NCBI GenBank assembly: GCA_034522415.1
Contig: JAXHLH010000003.1
Coordinates: 20,088-84,087 of the forward strand
Length of the DNA: 64,000 nt
From: Woeseiaceae bacterium
Lineage (GTDB): Bacteria > Pseudomonadota > Gammaproteobacteria > Steroidobacterales > Woeseiaceae
Reading direction: 5' to 3'
Shown: positions 9,937 to 20,126 of the stretch, piece after piece
How the letters are laid out: the number at the start of each line of letters is the position of its first letter
Numbering within the stretch: the stretch's first letter is position 1
Translations under genes and position numbers: made by a program
Notes under the pieces: generated by a model
The model's input: the letters and a program-made list of their open reading frames with translations, nothing else
Told to the model about the DNA's origin: nothing
Database searches by the model: none

Positions 9937-12090
9937 TCAGTCGTCCTGTCCGCGCGCGCGGCGCTGCGCGTTCTCCAGCATCACGAGCTGGGAATGCCGG
10001 TCGCCCTCGCGTGCGGTGCCGCGATGGTAGACGCCGTTCGAGTCCATCTGCCAGGCACCGACGCGATCGCCGAGTTGCAGGTCCAGCATCTCGCGCAGTT
10101 CGGCTTGCAATGCCGGGTCCATGATGGGCACCAGGACCTCCACGCGGCTTTCCAGGTTGCGATTCATCAGGTCGGCGGAACCGATGTAATACTCTTCATC
10201 GCCATTGTTGTGGAAATAGTAAAGGCGCGAGTGCTCAAGAAACCGGCCAACGATGCTGATGACGCGGGCGCATTCCGATAACCCGGCGAGGCCCGGCCGC
10301 AGGCGGCAGGTGTCACGCACGATGAGGTCCACCGTGACGCCGGCGCGGGTTGCTTCGTAGAGTGCCCGGGTAACGTCGGGGTCTTCCAGCGCGTTGGTCT
10401 TGAGCTGGATACAGCCGTTACCGTGCGCTTCGTGATGGCGAATTTCACGGCGGATTTTTTTCAACAACTTGCGTTTCATGCCCTGCGGCGCGACCAGCAA
10501 CTGTTTATAGCGGCGGCCGCTCAACGTCCCGGACGTCAGCAGGTTGAACAGCTCGGTCGCATCGGCGCCGATCACGGGATCCGCGATCATCAGGCCGAGG
10601 TCGCAGTACTGGCGCGCGGTCACCGAGTGATAGTTGCCGGTGCCGAGGTGCACGAAGCGCTTCAGCTCGCCCGTCGGTTCCTGGCGCACGATCAGGGTCG
10701 CCTTGGCGTGCGTCTTGTAGCCGACGACGCCGTAGGACACGTGAATCCCGGCTTCCTCCAGCCGGTTTGCCCAGCGGATGTTCGCGGCCTCGTCGAAGCG
10801 CGCCTGAAGTTCGACGACGACGGCGACCTGCTTGCCGAGCGTCACCGCTTCGACCAGCAACGGGACGATTTCCGAATCCTCGGAGGTACGGTATACCGTC
10901 GTCTTGATGGCCAGGACGCACGGGTCGTGAACGGCCTCGTGCAGCAGTCGCGTGACCGAATGATCGAATGACTGGTAAGGGTGTTTCAGCAGCAGGGGGC
11001 CCTTGTTCTTCAGGTCGTCGAATACCGATGTCGCCGCCGCCAGCCGCGGGTGCTGTGCCGGCTCGGTACGCGGATATTTCAGATCGGGGCGTTCCAGCCC
11101 GACGAATTCCATCAGGTTGCGTGCGCCCAGAAGGTCGGACACGACGTAGATGTCCTCGGTGCCGTGCAGGCTCAGTTGCGTCGCCAGGTAGTCGCGCAGG
11201 CTCGCATTGAGCCCCGGGCTCACTTCCAGCCGCACGACCGGGGCAAACCGCCGCTCGCGCAACTCGGCCTCAATCATTTCCAGCAGGTCGTTGGCGGATT
11301 CCTCGTCGCGCTCGACGATCGCATTGCGGGTTACGCGGAAAAAACCTGCCGCAAGAACCTCGACACCAGGCAACAACAGGTCCAGGTTGCCGGCAATCAC
11401 TTCCTCCAGTGGCACGAAGCAGTCCGCCTCGCCAACCCGCATGAAACGCGGCGTGCGTTCGGAGACAGGCACCTTGATGCGAACGAGGTGCGGCTCGTCG
11501 TCCGCCTGGTCGAGGACCTGCAACAACAGGTTGATCGACAGGTTGGAGACAAACGGAAACGGATGCGCCTCGTCGATCGCGAGCGGCGTAACCAGGGGCA
11601 GGACGGACTGGCAATACTGGTCCCGCACGATGGTTTTCGAGTCTTCGTCCAGGTCCTGGTAGTGCAGTACCCGGATGCCGGCTTCGTCCAGCCGCTGCAG
11701 CATTTCCTGCATGATGTAGGCGCGATCGCCCAGTGCGTCCGCAACCCGTGTTTCGCTTTCCTCGATCTGCTGCTGCGGGGAGCGCCCGTCGATTGTCAGG
11801 GCGTCTATGCCGGCGCCAACCAGTTGCTTCAGTCCGCCGATGCGCTTCATGAAGAACTCGTCCAGGTTCGAATCGAAAATCGACAGGAACTTGACGCGCT
11901 CCAGCAGTGGATTACCGTCATCCTCCGCCTCGGCCAGTACGCGGCGATTGAACGCCAGCCAGGTCAGCTCGCGGTTCAGGTACAGCACGGGGTCGTCCAG
12001 GTCCCAGTCGCGCCCGCTGGCACCATCCGGGACTTGTGGCTGCAACGGCGTTGCCGGATCTAGTGGATCGGGTCTGGACACGGGGCGCAA
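9937..12090 (-). CDS. ppk1: Polyphosphate kinase 1
   Basis: YLNRELTWLAFNRRVL, NLDEFFMKR, HPYQSF, ARFDEAANI, KTHAK, GRFLEHSR and GSADLMNRNL motifs. Confidence 0.97.
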   Translation of the reverse strand: MRPVSRPDPLDPATPLQPQVPDGASGRDWDLDDPVLYLNRELTWLAFNRRVLAEAEDDGNPLLERVKFLSIFDSNLDEFFMKRIGGLKQLVGAGIDALTIDGRSPQQQIEESETRVADALGDRAYIMQEMLQRLDEAGIRVLHYQDLDEDSKTIVRDQYCQSVLPLVTPLAIDEAHPFPFVSNLSINLLLQVLDQADDEPHLVRIKVPVSERTPRFMRVGEADCFVPLEEVIAGNLDLLLPGVEVLAAGFFRVTRNAIVERDEESANDLLEMIEAELRERRFAPVVRLEVSPGLNASLRDYLATQLSLHGTEDIYVVSDLLGARNLMEFVGLERPDLKYPRTEPAQHPRLAAATSVFDDLKNKGPLLLKHPYQSFDHSVTRLLHEAVHDPCVLAIKTTVYRTSEDSEIVPLLVEAVTLGKQVAVVVELQARFDEAANIRWANRLEEAGIHVSYGVVGYKTHAKATLIVRQEPTGELKRFVHLGTGNYHSVTARQYCDLGLMIADPVIGADATELFNLLTSGTLSGRRYKQLLVAPQGMKRKLLKKIRREIRHHEAHGNGCIQLKTNALEDPDVTRALYEATRAGVTVDLIVRDTCRLRPGLAGLSECARVISIVGRFLEHSRLYYFHNNGDEEYYIGSADLMNRNLESRVEVLVPIMDPALQAELREMLDLQLGDRVGAWQMDSNGVYHRGTAREGDRHSQLVMLENAQRRARGQDD

Positions 12091-12232
12091 TTTCCCGGGA
12101 GCGAAGTCGATCGATTACGTTACCGCGCCAATGTTGCAGCCGCAATCGACCAGTGCGCATTTCCGCCGAACCCGGGCTCCGTGCCGACCGTAACGGCCCT
12201 GCAAGGACCGCCGCGGCCGCGCACGGAGTGCC

Positions 12233-12883
12233 CTACGTACCGGCGAGGGCGGCGTCCGGGTTGGACAGGGCGCCGCGCAGCGAGGTATTGCGGCGTACCG
12301 CCATGGAGCGTGCGACGCTGACGAAGAATCCGATCCCGCCAAAAAAGGCGGCGGCCAGGAGCCCGCCCATGACGGCGGCAAACACGCCGTTGCCGAACGA
12401 GCCTTCCACGCCCGACATGCCGCTCATGAATGCGTACAACGCGCACAGGGCAATGGCCACGCCGACGGTCAGGCGCGGATACATCTCGGTCCTTATGGCT
12501 TTCACGTGATCGTATTTTTGCCGCGAATTGTGGTTGTAGGCGCTGAAGTAGGAACCGGCGTCCTTCCTGCCCGGCGTTATCAGGTAAAGCGTCAGTTTCT
12601 GGCCTTCCTTGCACGGCACCAGGAAATTGACGAGTTCGATCGTGTGTTCGACTCCGTCATCGTCCTTGAGAAAGATATTCTGGTAGCGCGTCGTCTTCGA
12701 CTGCACACTGCCGGAAACCGGCGCGTTGTAACCCGTGCCGCCGTACGATGCACCGCCTCCGCCACTGATTTGGCCGCTGACTTCAGTTTCTGCACGTGTG
12801 TCGGAACCTTCGACCGTTCCCGTGCGCGTATACACATGGTATTCGAGCCCGAGTGCCGTGCCGTTCGCGATTTCCTTCGACAT
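12233..12883 (-). CDS. Hypothetical protein with a beta-rich N-terminal domain and two C-terminal TM helices
   Basis: 216-aa ORF with GGAGG RBS, protein-like composition and hydrophobic C-terminus. Confidence 0.75.
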   Translation of the reverse strand: MSKEIANGTALGLEYHVYTRTGTVEGSDTRAETEVSGQISGGGGASYGGTGYNAPVSGSVQSKTTRYQNIFLKDDDGVEHTIELVNFLVPCKEGQKLTLYLITPGRKDAGSYFSAYNHNSRQKYDHVKAIRTEMYPRLTVGVAIALCALYAFMSGMSGVEGSFGNGVFAAVMGGLLAAAFFGGIGFFVSVARSMAVRRNTSLRGALSNPDAALAGT

Positions 12884-12919
12884 GGTTTGTTCCTCCGCTT
12901 GGTCTTTGTTGTCGAATGG

Positions 12920-13216
12920 TCAGTCCAGCGCCTGTTTGCGGCGCTGCAGTTCGAGGCCCATGGGTCCGATAAGCCGGTCGCCCCGGCGCGTCAGCACGAC
13001 CGTTCCCTGCGGGCTGCTGACGTAGACCTTGTCTTCGTGTAATCGATATTCCGCGGTAACCTCCGCGCCGAGTACGCTGATCCGGGCCCGTCCGTTGCTA
13101 TTGAATTCGTAGGCGGTGACCCCGTCATCGTCCGTCCAGGTGCCGTCGAGGTCGTGGCCGCACGCCGCAAGCACCAGCGGCAGCGTCGAGAGGGTCGTCA
13201 GCAACAGTCTGCGCAT
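12920..13216 (-). CDS. Small lipoprotein of unknown function
   Basis: Lipobox LAAC, then LDGTW..YEFNSNG (lipocalin/DUF5640-like beta pattern); GGAG RBS. Confidence 0.75.
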   Translation of the reverse strand: MRRLLLTTLSTLPLVLAACGHDLDGTWTDDDGVTAYEFNSNGRARISVLGAEVTAEYRLHEDKVYVSSPQGTVVLTRRGDRLIGPMGLELQRRKQALD

Positions 13217-13280
13217 GGCTCCGCTCGCAAGAAATCAAGGGTCCAGAATGGCAGGCGTCCGGGTGCCGGCGCATCGCGGG

Positions 13281-13306
13281 TTAGCGGCAGTTAGCGCCGA
13301 TTAACG
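13281..13306. promoter_or_regulatory. Triple direct repeat TTA(G/A)CG with exact 10-bp period (candidate operator)
   Basis: TTAGCG at 13281, TTAGCG at 13291 and TTAACG at 13301, in the divergent intergenic region. Confidence 0.55.
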
Positions 13307-13340
13307 TCACCTGGCGCCTGTGATATAAGCAGGGGCAGGC

Positions 13341-15358
13341 ATGGCGACCAACAACAACCATCACCGCAAGCGCGGCGTCCGTGCGTCCCGGGCCCGGCTG
13401 ACACACGCCCTGACCGAAGCGGGCCTGCGTACCCAGGCGGCGCTCGCCGAACGCATCGCCGATCTCGAGGGCCTGGATGCCGCGCCCAAAGACGCGGTCA
13501 ATCGCGTATTCCGCGAGCTGCCGGTCGAGCTCGCGACGCTTGAGCGCGTGGCCCGCGCGCTGGGCGTGGACGCGTATACGCTGTACCTGACGGCGGACGA
13601 GACCGGCGATGCGGACGAGGATTCGCTGGTGCCGCCGCCCGGTGCGCGCCGCCACGACACGGTCACGCTGGTCATGGCCGTCGTCATCGTATTGCTGGTC
13701 GCCGGCTGGTGGCTGGCCGGGCGGCAGTCGGCACCGGACGGGGACCCGCCGGCAGCGGCTGTGCCGCCGCTCGGGCTGGGATCGCCCAGCCTGCTGGTAA
13801 TGCCGTTCGGCGGTGATGGCGAGCAGGCGCTCACGGCCGCGCTGCGTGACGCGCTGGCCGCCGATTTCGCGGTCGCGACTGACAGCTCGGCAGTACTGAC
13901 CCGCTCGCTGCCGCCGCGAGCGGCTGCGGAGCGTCTGCGCAGCGATGTCGTCGTCGACGGTGAGATCGTCAGGGTCGGCCGGCAAAGTGCCGTGCGCGCC
14001 TGGCTGCTGGCGCGCGGCGTGCGCCAGCAGATCTCGGCCGAAAGCCACCCCTCGGCAGGCGTGGCGTTGGCTCACGCGGCAATCGCCGACCGTATCGCGA
14101 CGGCCGTGCGGCATGCGACCGGCCTGCCGGTGGCAGAGGGCGCGCCGGGACATTTTCCGCTGGCCCCGGTGCAGGATGACTACCTCGAAGGCGTGCTGCA
14201 CCTCGACCGGCCGTCCAGCGAACTCAACATCAAGCGCGCGCAGAGTCGTTTCGAGGCGGCGCTGCGACAGGATGCAAACTACGCACGAGCGCACGCCGGC
14301 CTGTGCCAGACACTGCTCGAAGAACACTGGATGGCGGACGAGGAGCGTGCCTTGCAGGATGCGGCGCGCGCCTGCGGGCAGGCATTGCAGCTCGCGCCAG
14401 GCGATCCCGTCGTGCGCAGCGCGCATGCGCATTTCCTGAGCCGTACCGGACGCAACGACGAGGCGCTGGCGCTTTATGCCGAGATTGCGGCGGACGCTCC
14501 GTTCGACGCCACGGCACTGAACGGCTATGCGGCCAGCTTGCTGGCCGCCTACCGCAGTCCGGCGAGCGAGACTACCTGTTGCGCGCAAAGGAAATGGCAC
14601 GACGCAGCGGCGAGGTCGATCCGGCGATCTGGAAACCCCTGTTCGCGCTCGCGACGATGGAGTGGTTCGACGGAGACGTTGCCGCGGCGATCGCCGCCAG
14701 CGAGGCGGCGCGGGCACGCGACGAGAACGAGTATGTGCTCGCCAACCTCGGCAGCTTCTACCTCTGCGACGGGGCGTTCGAACAGGCACGCGAGGCCTGG
14801 GAGACGGCGCGCGATCTCGCGCCGCAATCCTACGTCGGTGACGAGTTCCTGGGCATGGCGCACTATTTTCTCGGCGACTTCGACGAATCGGCGAGGTTGC
14901 GGCAGGCGGCCATCGACAAGGTGGCCACGGGCGCGCCGGAGATTCACGAGATGTGGGGCAACCTCGGCGATGCCTATCGCCAGGCGGGCAACGAGGCGGC
15001 GGCGATCGACGCCTACCTGCGCGCCGCGGAGATCGCCGAACGGGATCACCTGCGCGGCAACGCCCCGGTCGCGGACCGCGCGGCCCGTGCGTATTACTAC
15101 ACGATGCTGGAGCAGCTTGCGCCTTCACAGGTGCCGGAATCGGTCAGCCGCGGCATCGCGGACCAGCTGGACGATATCGAGGCGTCACTGCAAACGGCGA
15201 CGGCGCACCGCCGCATGGCGCAGATACGACTGGCGCGGGGCGAGCCGGCTGCTGCGCGGCGGGCACTCGACAGGGCCGCCGCGACCTGTCGTGGTTACGC
15301 CCGGATGCCGGACTTCGCGGAGCTGCGGGTAGTGGCCGGCAACCGCGACGCCACATGA
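13341..15358 (+). CDS. Membrane-anchored regulator: XRE-like HTH, TM helix, TolB-N-like domain, TPR repeats (frameshift near 14560)
   Basis: TQAALAERIA..VNRVFRELPVELATLERVARALGV (HTH); LVMAVVIVLLVAGWWL (TM); PSLLVMPF..DVVVDGEIVR; TPR-like YARAHAGL, VLANLGSFY, MWGNLGDAY. Confidence 0.8.
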
Positions 15359-15801
15359 CGTACTGTTACGACTACCCGCACCCGGCCGTCGCGACCGATA
15401 TCGTCGTGTTCTCGGTCCGGGATGGTACGCGGCACGTCCTGCTGATCGAACGGGCCGCCGAGCCCTTTGCCGGTTGCTGGGCCTTGCCGGGCGGGTTCGT
15501 CGAGATAGACGAGGACCTGGCCGATGCGGCGCGCCGCGAGCTGTACGAGGAAACCGGTCTCACGTGCACGACACTCGAGCAGTTGCACGCGTTCGGCGAG
15601 CCTCGGCGCGATCCGCGCGAGCGCGTCATTTCCATCGCCTATGTCGGCATGGTCGAGGCAGGCTCCGGGGCACCCCGCGCCGCCTCCGATGCGGCTGCCG
15701 CGCGCTGGTTTGACCTCGGCGCCCTGCCGCCGCTCGCCTTCGACCACGCGGAGATGATCACGCTGGCGCTGGCGCGCGTGACCTCGACGGATGCGGGCTA
15801 A
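15355..15801 (+). CDS. NUDIX hydrolase (similar to the NrtR N-terminal domain)
   Basis: WALPGGFVEIDEDLADAARRELYEETG Nudix box, RDPRER, LAFDH; ATGA overlap with the upstream gene. Confidence 0.92.
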   Translation: MTYCYDYPHPAVATDIVVFSVRDGTRHVLLIERAAEPFAGCWALPGGFVEIDEDLADAARRELYEETGLTCTTLEQLHAFGEPRRDPRERVISIAYVGMVEAGSGAPRAASDAAAARWFDLGALPPLAFDHAEMITLALARVTSTDAG

Positions 15802-15945
15802 CAACGGGCGCAGTCTTCTTGCAGTCGCCGCGGCAGATGCCGCCGGCCCCGGACTGGCGTAAACTGGCACTCGATGTTCACTGAAACGGTTGTGCGCCAT
15901 GCCGGCCGCACAAACCGACCCGTGACGCGGCAGGGGGTACGCGGC

Positions 15946-16176
15946 ATGACAAGAATAACGGCCGAAATCGAAGCCGAACTGATTCGCCTCTTCAATCGCT
16001 ACGACGCGAACGCCAGCGGCTACATCGAGGAACGCGAATTCGGACTGATTCTCGACAGCCTGGGTTACACGGAAGGCGCGGAGGTGCGCAGTCTCGAATT
16101 TGCCGTGCTCGACGAAGACGGCGACGGCCGCGTCGGCTTTCGCGAATTCGCGGACTGGTGGCTGGACAATCGCTGA
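15946..16176 (+). CDS. Two-EF-hand calcium-binding protein
   Basis: Loops DANASGYIEERE and DEDGDGRVGFRE with flanking helices. Confidence 0.85.
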   Translation: MTRITAEIEAELIRLFNRYDANASGYIEEREFGLILDSLGYTEGAEVRSLEFAVLDEDGDGRVGFREFADWWLDNR

Positions 16177-16182
16177 CGGTCG

Positions 16183-18390
16183 TTACCGGTCGCGTTGCCC
16201 CGGGCGGTAGCGTTCGTCCGCCCGCCGTTCGACATCCTCGCGGTAGTAGGGGACATCCTTGAACCGCCCGTCGGCGTACATTTGCGCCTGGTCGTCGAAA
16301 TGCGGCGACCGGGGGTCGTTGCTCTGTCCGCCGGCGAGCAGGGACTTTGCCCGCACCTTGTCGCCGAATTCGACGACAGCCACGAAACTGTTGCCCCGGT
16401 AGCCGTAGATGCGCCTGGTGTCGCCGAAGCGGCGCGCACCGAACGCGGCCAGCGCGCCCCAGCGACTCGATGCCATGCCGATCGGCAGGCTGGGCTCGGC
16501 ATCGTCGAACGGGGCGTCGATCTCCCCCGTCAGGCGCTGGAAGCGGTTGATCTCGCCCCATGGGGTCTCCCAGTCGCCGAAGTCCGCTGCCAGCATGTCC
16601 ACCGTGTCGCGGAAAATGGCGAGACGTTCCTCCGGTGGCGATTGGGTACCGAAGTAGTTGGTGCGTTCCATGCCGCCCAGGTTTTCGGGATTCGCACCTG
16701 TTTCCTCGTAGCGCATGCCGTAGAAGTGCGCCAGCGACATGGCGACCGAGTCTTCGCTCACCGTCATGTCCCAGTTCTGCAGGGTCTCGATCGGCCCGGC
16801 GAGTTCCGGCATGTCGGCGCCGCTTTCGCCGTAGGCGGCAATGAGCCCCTGGAGCAGCTTTTCGAAGCCCGGCAGGTACGGGTCGTACGCCAGCTCGATC
16901 AGGCTGTCCAGCGTTACGTCGTCGGCGTCCCTGAGGACCTGCACGGCGTGCAGTCCGCGGAAATTCTCGGGGTCGGGCGCCATGTAGTCGGGGTAATCGG
17001 CCGGGTCCGGGCTGAACTCCGCCGCGGCCGAGAAGGGCGTGTTGTTGGTGTTCTGCAGCCAGCCGGTCGGCGGATTCAGCAACGTAACGGTCTCGTCTAC
17101 AGTGTGCAGGCCCTGCCAGTCGGTAGCCGGGTTGCTGCCGTCAACCGGGCGGGAGTAGTCGAATGACGGATCGCGCTTTGGCACGAAATTGCCGTGGAAA
17201 TAGGCGATGTTGCCCTCGTGGTCGGCAAAGACCGTGTTGTTGGACGAGTTGGTCCGGATATCCATCATCTCGCGAAACTCGTCGTAGTTGTCCAGCTTGG
17301 TGCGCACATACGATTGCCGCAATGCATTGACCGGGTCCCAGTTGATGCGCGTCACGACCCAGTCGTCGCCGAGCTTGTGCGTCACTGGCCCGTGATGCGT
17401 GTGGTACATGGGAAACGTGCGCTCGCGCATCGCGTCGCCATCCTTGTACTGGAGCGTGACTTCGGAGACCTCCACGGGGCGCATCTCTTCGCCGTAGCGG
17501 TACATCAGTTCTCCGTCGATTTCGCTGATTTCCTCAATGAATTCGTCCATAAAGTCGGCGTATGTCGAGGTGTGCATCCAGCCGGTCTTTTCATTGAATC
17601 CCTGGTAGATGAAAAACTGTCCCCAGGTCACGGCGCCGTAGGCATTCAGGCCTTCCTCGCTGACCATGTGCACCTCGCCGCGGAAATAAAACGACGTGTG
17701 CGGGTTGATGAGCAACAAGGCGTTGCCGCTGGCCGATTTTTCCGGTGCGATGGCGAAGCCGTTGGAGCCGGCCGGCTCGGCCGTGTCGGGAACAGCGGCC
17801 TGCGCATCGTCGATCGCGGCGCCCGAGCCGTAGAAGGCCTCGATGCCCTCGAGCGGGATTTGCTCGATGTCGCCGCCGATCGAGCCTTCGCTGAAGAACA
17901 TCGGCATCCACGGTTCAAAACGCGTTATCAGGCGCGGCTCGACGTCGGGGTGCGTGTGCAGGTAGTAATTCAGGCCATCGGCGAACGCGACGCACAATGC
18001 CTGCAGCCACTCGGGCGCACTGTCGTATGCCGCTTTCGCTTCGTCGACCGTCATGTAGAGTCGTGCGCGCAGGTCGCTCCAGATCGCCGCCTCGCCCTCG
18101 ACCTCCGCAAGCCGGCCGGTCGCCCAGATGTAATTGCGCTCGATGCGCGGAAAGTCGTCCTCGGCCTGCGCGTACAGCATGCCGAATACCGCATCCGCGT
18201 CGGTTTCCCCGTAGACGTGCGGGACCCCGTAGTCATCACGCAGGATTTCCACGCGCTCCGCCCGCGCCTCGAGGCGGGCGATCTCGGGATCGACATCGGC
18301 GGCCGGCTCGCGCGGTGCATCGGAACAACCGGCGAGCAGCAACAGGGAAATCAGGGTCGGGGCCATGGCGATCGACTTGAAAAAGGTCAT
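16183..18390 (-). CDS. Penicillin acylase family (Ntn hydrolase) lipoprotein
   Basis: Lipobox LAGC, RDDYGVPHVYG, GSNGFAIAP nucleophile site, LLINPH, PHFDDQAQMY. Confidence 0.93.
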   Translation of the reverse strand: MTFFKSIAMAPTLISLLLLAGCSDAPREPAADVDPEIARLEARAERVEILRDDYGVPHVYGETDADAVFGMLYAQAEDDFPRIERNYIWATGRLAEVEGEAAIWSDLRARLYMTVDEAKAAYDSAPEWLQALCVAFADGLNYYLHTHPDVEPRLITRFEPWMPMFFSEGSIGGDIEQIPLEGIEAFYGSGAAIDDAQAAVPDTAEPAGSNGFAIAPEKSASGNALLLINPHTSFYFRGEVHMVSEEGLNAYGAVTWGQFFIYQGFNEKTGWMHTSTYADFMDEFIEEISEIDGELMYRYGEEMRPVEVSEVTLQYKDGDAMRERTFPMYHTHHGPVTHKLGDDWVVTRINWDPVNALRQSYVRTKLDNYDEFREMMDIRTNSSNNTVFADHEGNIAYFHGNFVPKRDPSFDYSRPVDGSNPATDWQGLHTVDETVTLLNPPTGWLQNTNNTPFSAAAEFSPDPADYPDYMAPDPENFRGLHAVQVLRDADDVTLDSLIELAYDPYLPGFEKLLQGLIAAYGESGADMPELAGPIETLQNWDMTVSEDSVAMSLAHFYGMRYEETGANPENLGGMERTNYFGTQSPPEERLAIFRDTVDMLAADFGDWETPWGEINRFQRLTGEIDAPFDDAEPSLPIGMASSRWGALAAFGARRFGDTRRIYGYRGNSFVAVVEFGDKVRAKSLLAGGQSNDPRSPHFDDQAQMYADGRFKDVPYYREDVERRADERYRPGQRDR

Positions 18391-18517
18391 GCAGGTACTC
18401 CTGGCTGGGCAACCGGGCAGGGTATTGGCGGGTGTTCCGGCTTGTTGTCGGAACCTCGAGCGAGATTAGCAGCAAGCCGCGGCCCGGTCGAATGGCGACG
18501 GACCGTCGCCGGCAAGA

Positions 18518-19348
18518 TCAATCGAGAAAATCCAGCACGTACGGCCACAGGGATTGCCGGTGTCGGCTGCGAAAAAAGTCCAGGTGTCCGATGTGCTGCA
18601 GGCCGGCATCCTGCGGCACGATTGTCACGAACGACTTGTCGCCGCCGTACTGGTCGAGCAGCCAGCGGCGCGGTTGCGGCGGCGCGTAGGTGTCGTCGCT
18701 GAAGCCCAGCGACAGGACGGGTGCCCGGATGGCACGCGCGCCTTCCCAGCGGCCGTGATAGCGCGGCTGCTTCGCCCAGTGAAACCATTGCAGGGCAACG
18801 CCTCGGGGAATGTCCTCGCCGAGACCCATGGCCTTGCCGGGCAGGTAGCCCACGGTGCGCGCCAGCGTTTCCATGGCGAGGATTGCCGCGCGGAAAACGT
18901 AACGCCCGGGCGCGGGCCACAGTTTCCACCACGCGGTGCCTGCTGCGAGCAACACCAGTTTGTCGAATTGCTCCGCGCGATCGGCGAGTCCGAACACCTG
19001 TGCTCCGAAACTGTGCCCGATACCGCTAACCCGGTAGCCGAGTCGGGCCAGGTAATCGATCATGGCAGGCTGGTCGAGTGTCGCCCAGTCCAGCATCGTC
19101 GCTTCGAACCCGCGCAGGGAGTCGGGACGATTCCCGGCCACGCCGCGCCAGTCCCATGTCAGTACGGCAAACCCGCTCTCTGCCAGGTAGTTGGCGAAAT
19201 TGAAATAGAAGCGGCAGGGAATGCCGGTGCCGGGGGCGACAATAACCGCGCGTCCGTTGGCGGTTGCCGGCACGAACAGGTGCGCCTGCAACGCCATGCC
19301 GTCATTGCAGGTTACGGTAACTTCGTCATGTCGAACCGGTGGCGCCAT
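18518..19348 (-). CDS. Predicted alpha/beta hydrolase
   Basis: GHSFG nucleophile elbow, FSDD, IGHLDFF. Confidence 0.88.
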   Translation of the reverse strand: MAPPVRHDEVTVTCNDGMALQAHLFVPATANGRAVIVAPGTGIPCRFYFNFANYLAESGFAVLTWDWRGVAGNRPDSLRGFEATMLDWATLDQPAMIDYLARLGYRVSGIGHSFGAQVFGLADRAEQFDKLVLLAAGTAWWKLWPAPGRYVFRAAILAMETLARTVGYLPGKAMGLGEDIPRGVALQWFHWAKQPRYHGRWEGARAIRAPVLSLGFSDDTYAPPQPRRWLLDQYGGDKSFVTIVPQDAGLQHIGHLDFFRSRHRQSLWPYVLDFLD

Positions 19349-19430
19349 CGGCTTTCGCGGATTGCCGGCAGGGCGGGCAGTGTACCGGGAAACCGGTTGG
19401 CTGCCACGGGGCGCCAGCGCCGGCGATGCG

Positions 19431-19949
19431 TCAGGCGCTGCTGACGGGCCGGGTACGGATTCGGGGCAGCGGATGCAGCATCAGCAGTCGGTCCGAATCG
19501 ACAAACTGCTTTTCGTCCAGCGTAAAGACAGCGCGCTGCCCGTTTGGTAAATGGTGCTCCAGGGCACCGACATTGGCGCTGCCAAAATCCCAGATTTCGC
19601 CGCAGGTCTCGCGCGTGATTGCCAGGAAATCCGGCTTCGGTGCGTTGCCGCTCGATTCGCCCCAGCGACCGCGCAGGCTCGAGCTGTCCACGTAACAGCG
19701 AATGCGGCCGTTCGCGGCCGCGCTCAGCAATTGTCCGGGCGAGACTTCGAGGCGCGCGGCGGCCTCTTCCAGCGTGTAGACCGGCTTGTCTTCGAGTACC
19801 ACATCGCCGGCTTCATCGCGGGCGTAGCCGAGGCTCTGCAGTTCCTTGTACCGGTAGGCCTGCGTGGACGTCATGACGACCTCCTGGTCGTCGGCCGTGA
19901 TGACACGCTCGTGTGTCTTGCGGCGGCCGGCTATACCGAGCTTTTTCAT
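19431..19949 (-). CDS. Hypothetical protein with an excisionase/MerR-like HTH segment
   Basis: ATG at 19949; VYTLEEAAARLEVSPGQLLSAAANGRI resembles HTH_17. Confidence 0.6.
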   Translation of the reverse strand: MKKLGIAGRRKTHERVITADDQEVVMTSTQAYRYKELQSLGYARDEAGDVVLEDKPVYTLEEAAARLEVSPGQLLSAAANGRIRCYVDSSSLRGRWGESSGNAPKPDFLAITRETCGEIWDFGSANVGALEHHLPNGQRAVFTLDEKQFVDSDRLLMLHPLPRIRTRPVSSA

Positions 19950-20126
19950 GATCGAGTCCAAGGCGATTCCTCGATGGCGGGGGCATGTAAAATGTGAACC
20001 GGCGCGCCGGCGGCGCACGATGAATGGGCAAGCATAGGGACAGCGCACGGTCATGACTGTGAGCGGAATCACAGCAGTGGAATTCGCCCGGGAAAATGGC
20101 TCAGCCGAACCAGGGGTTGACACTCC

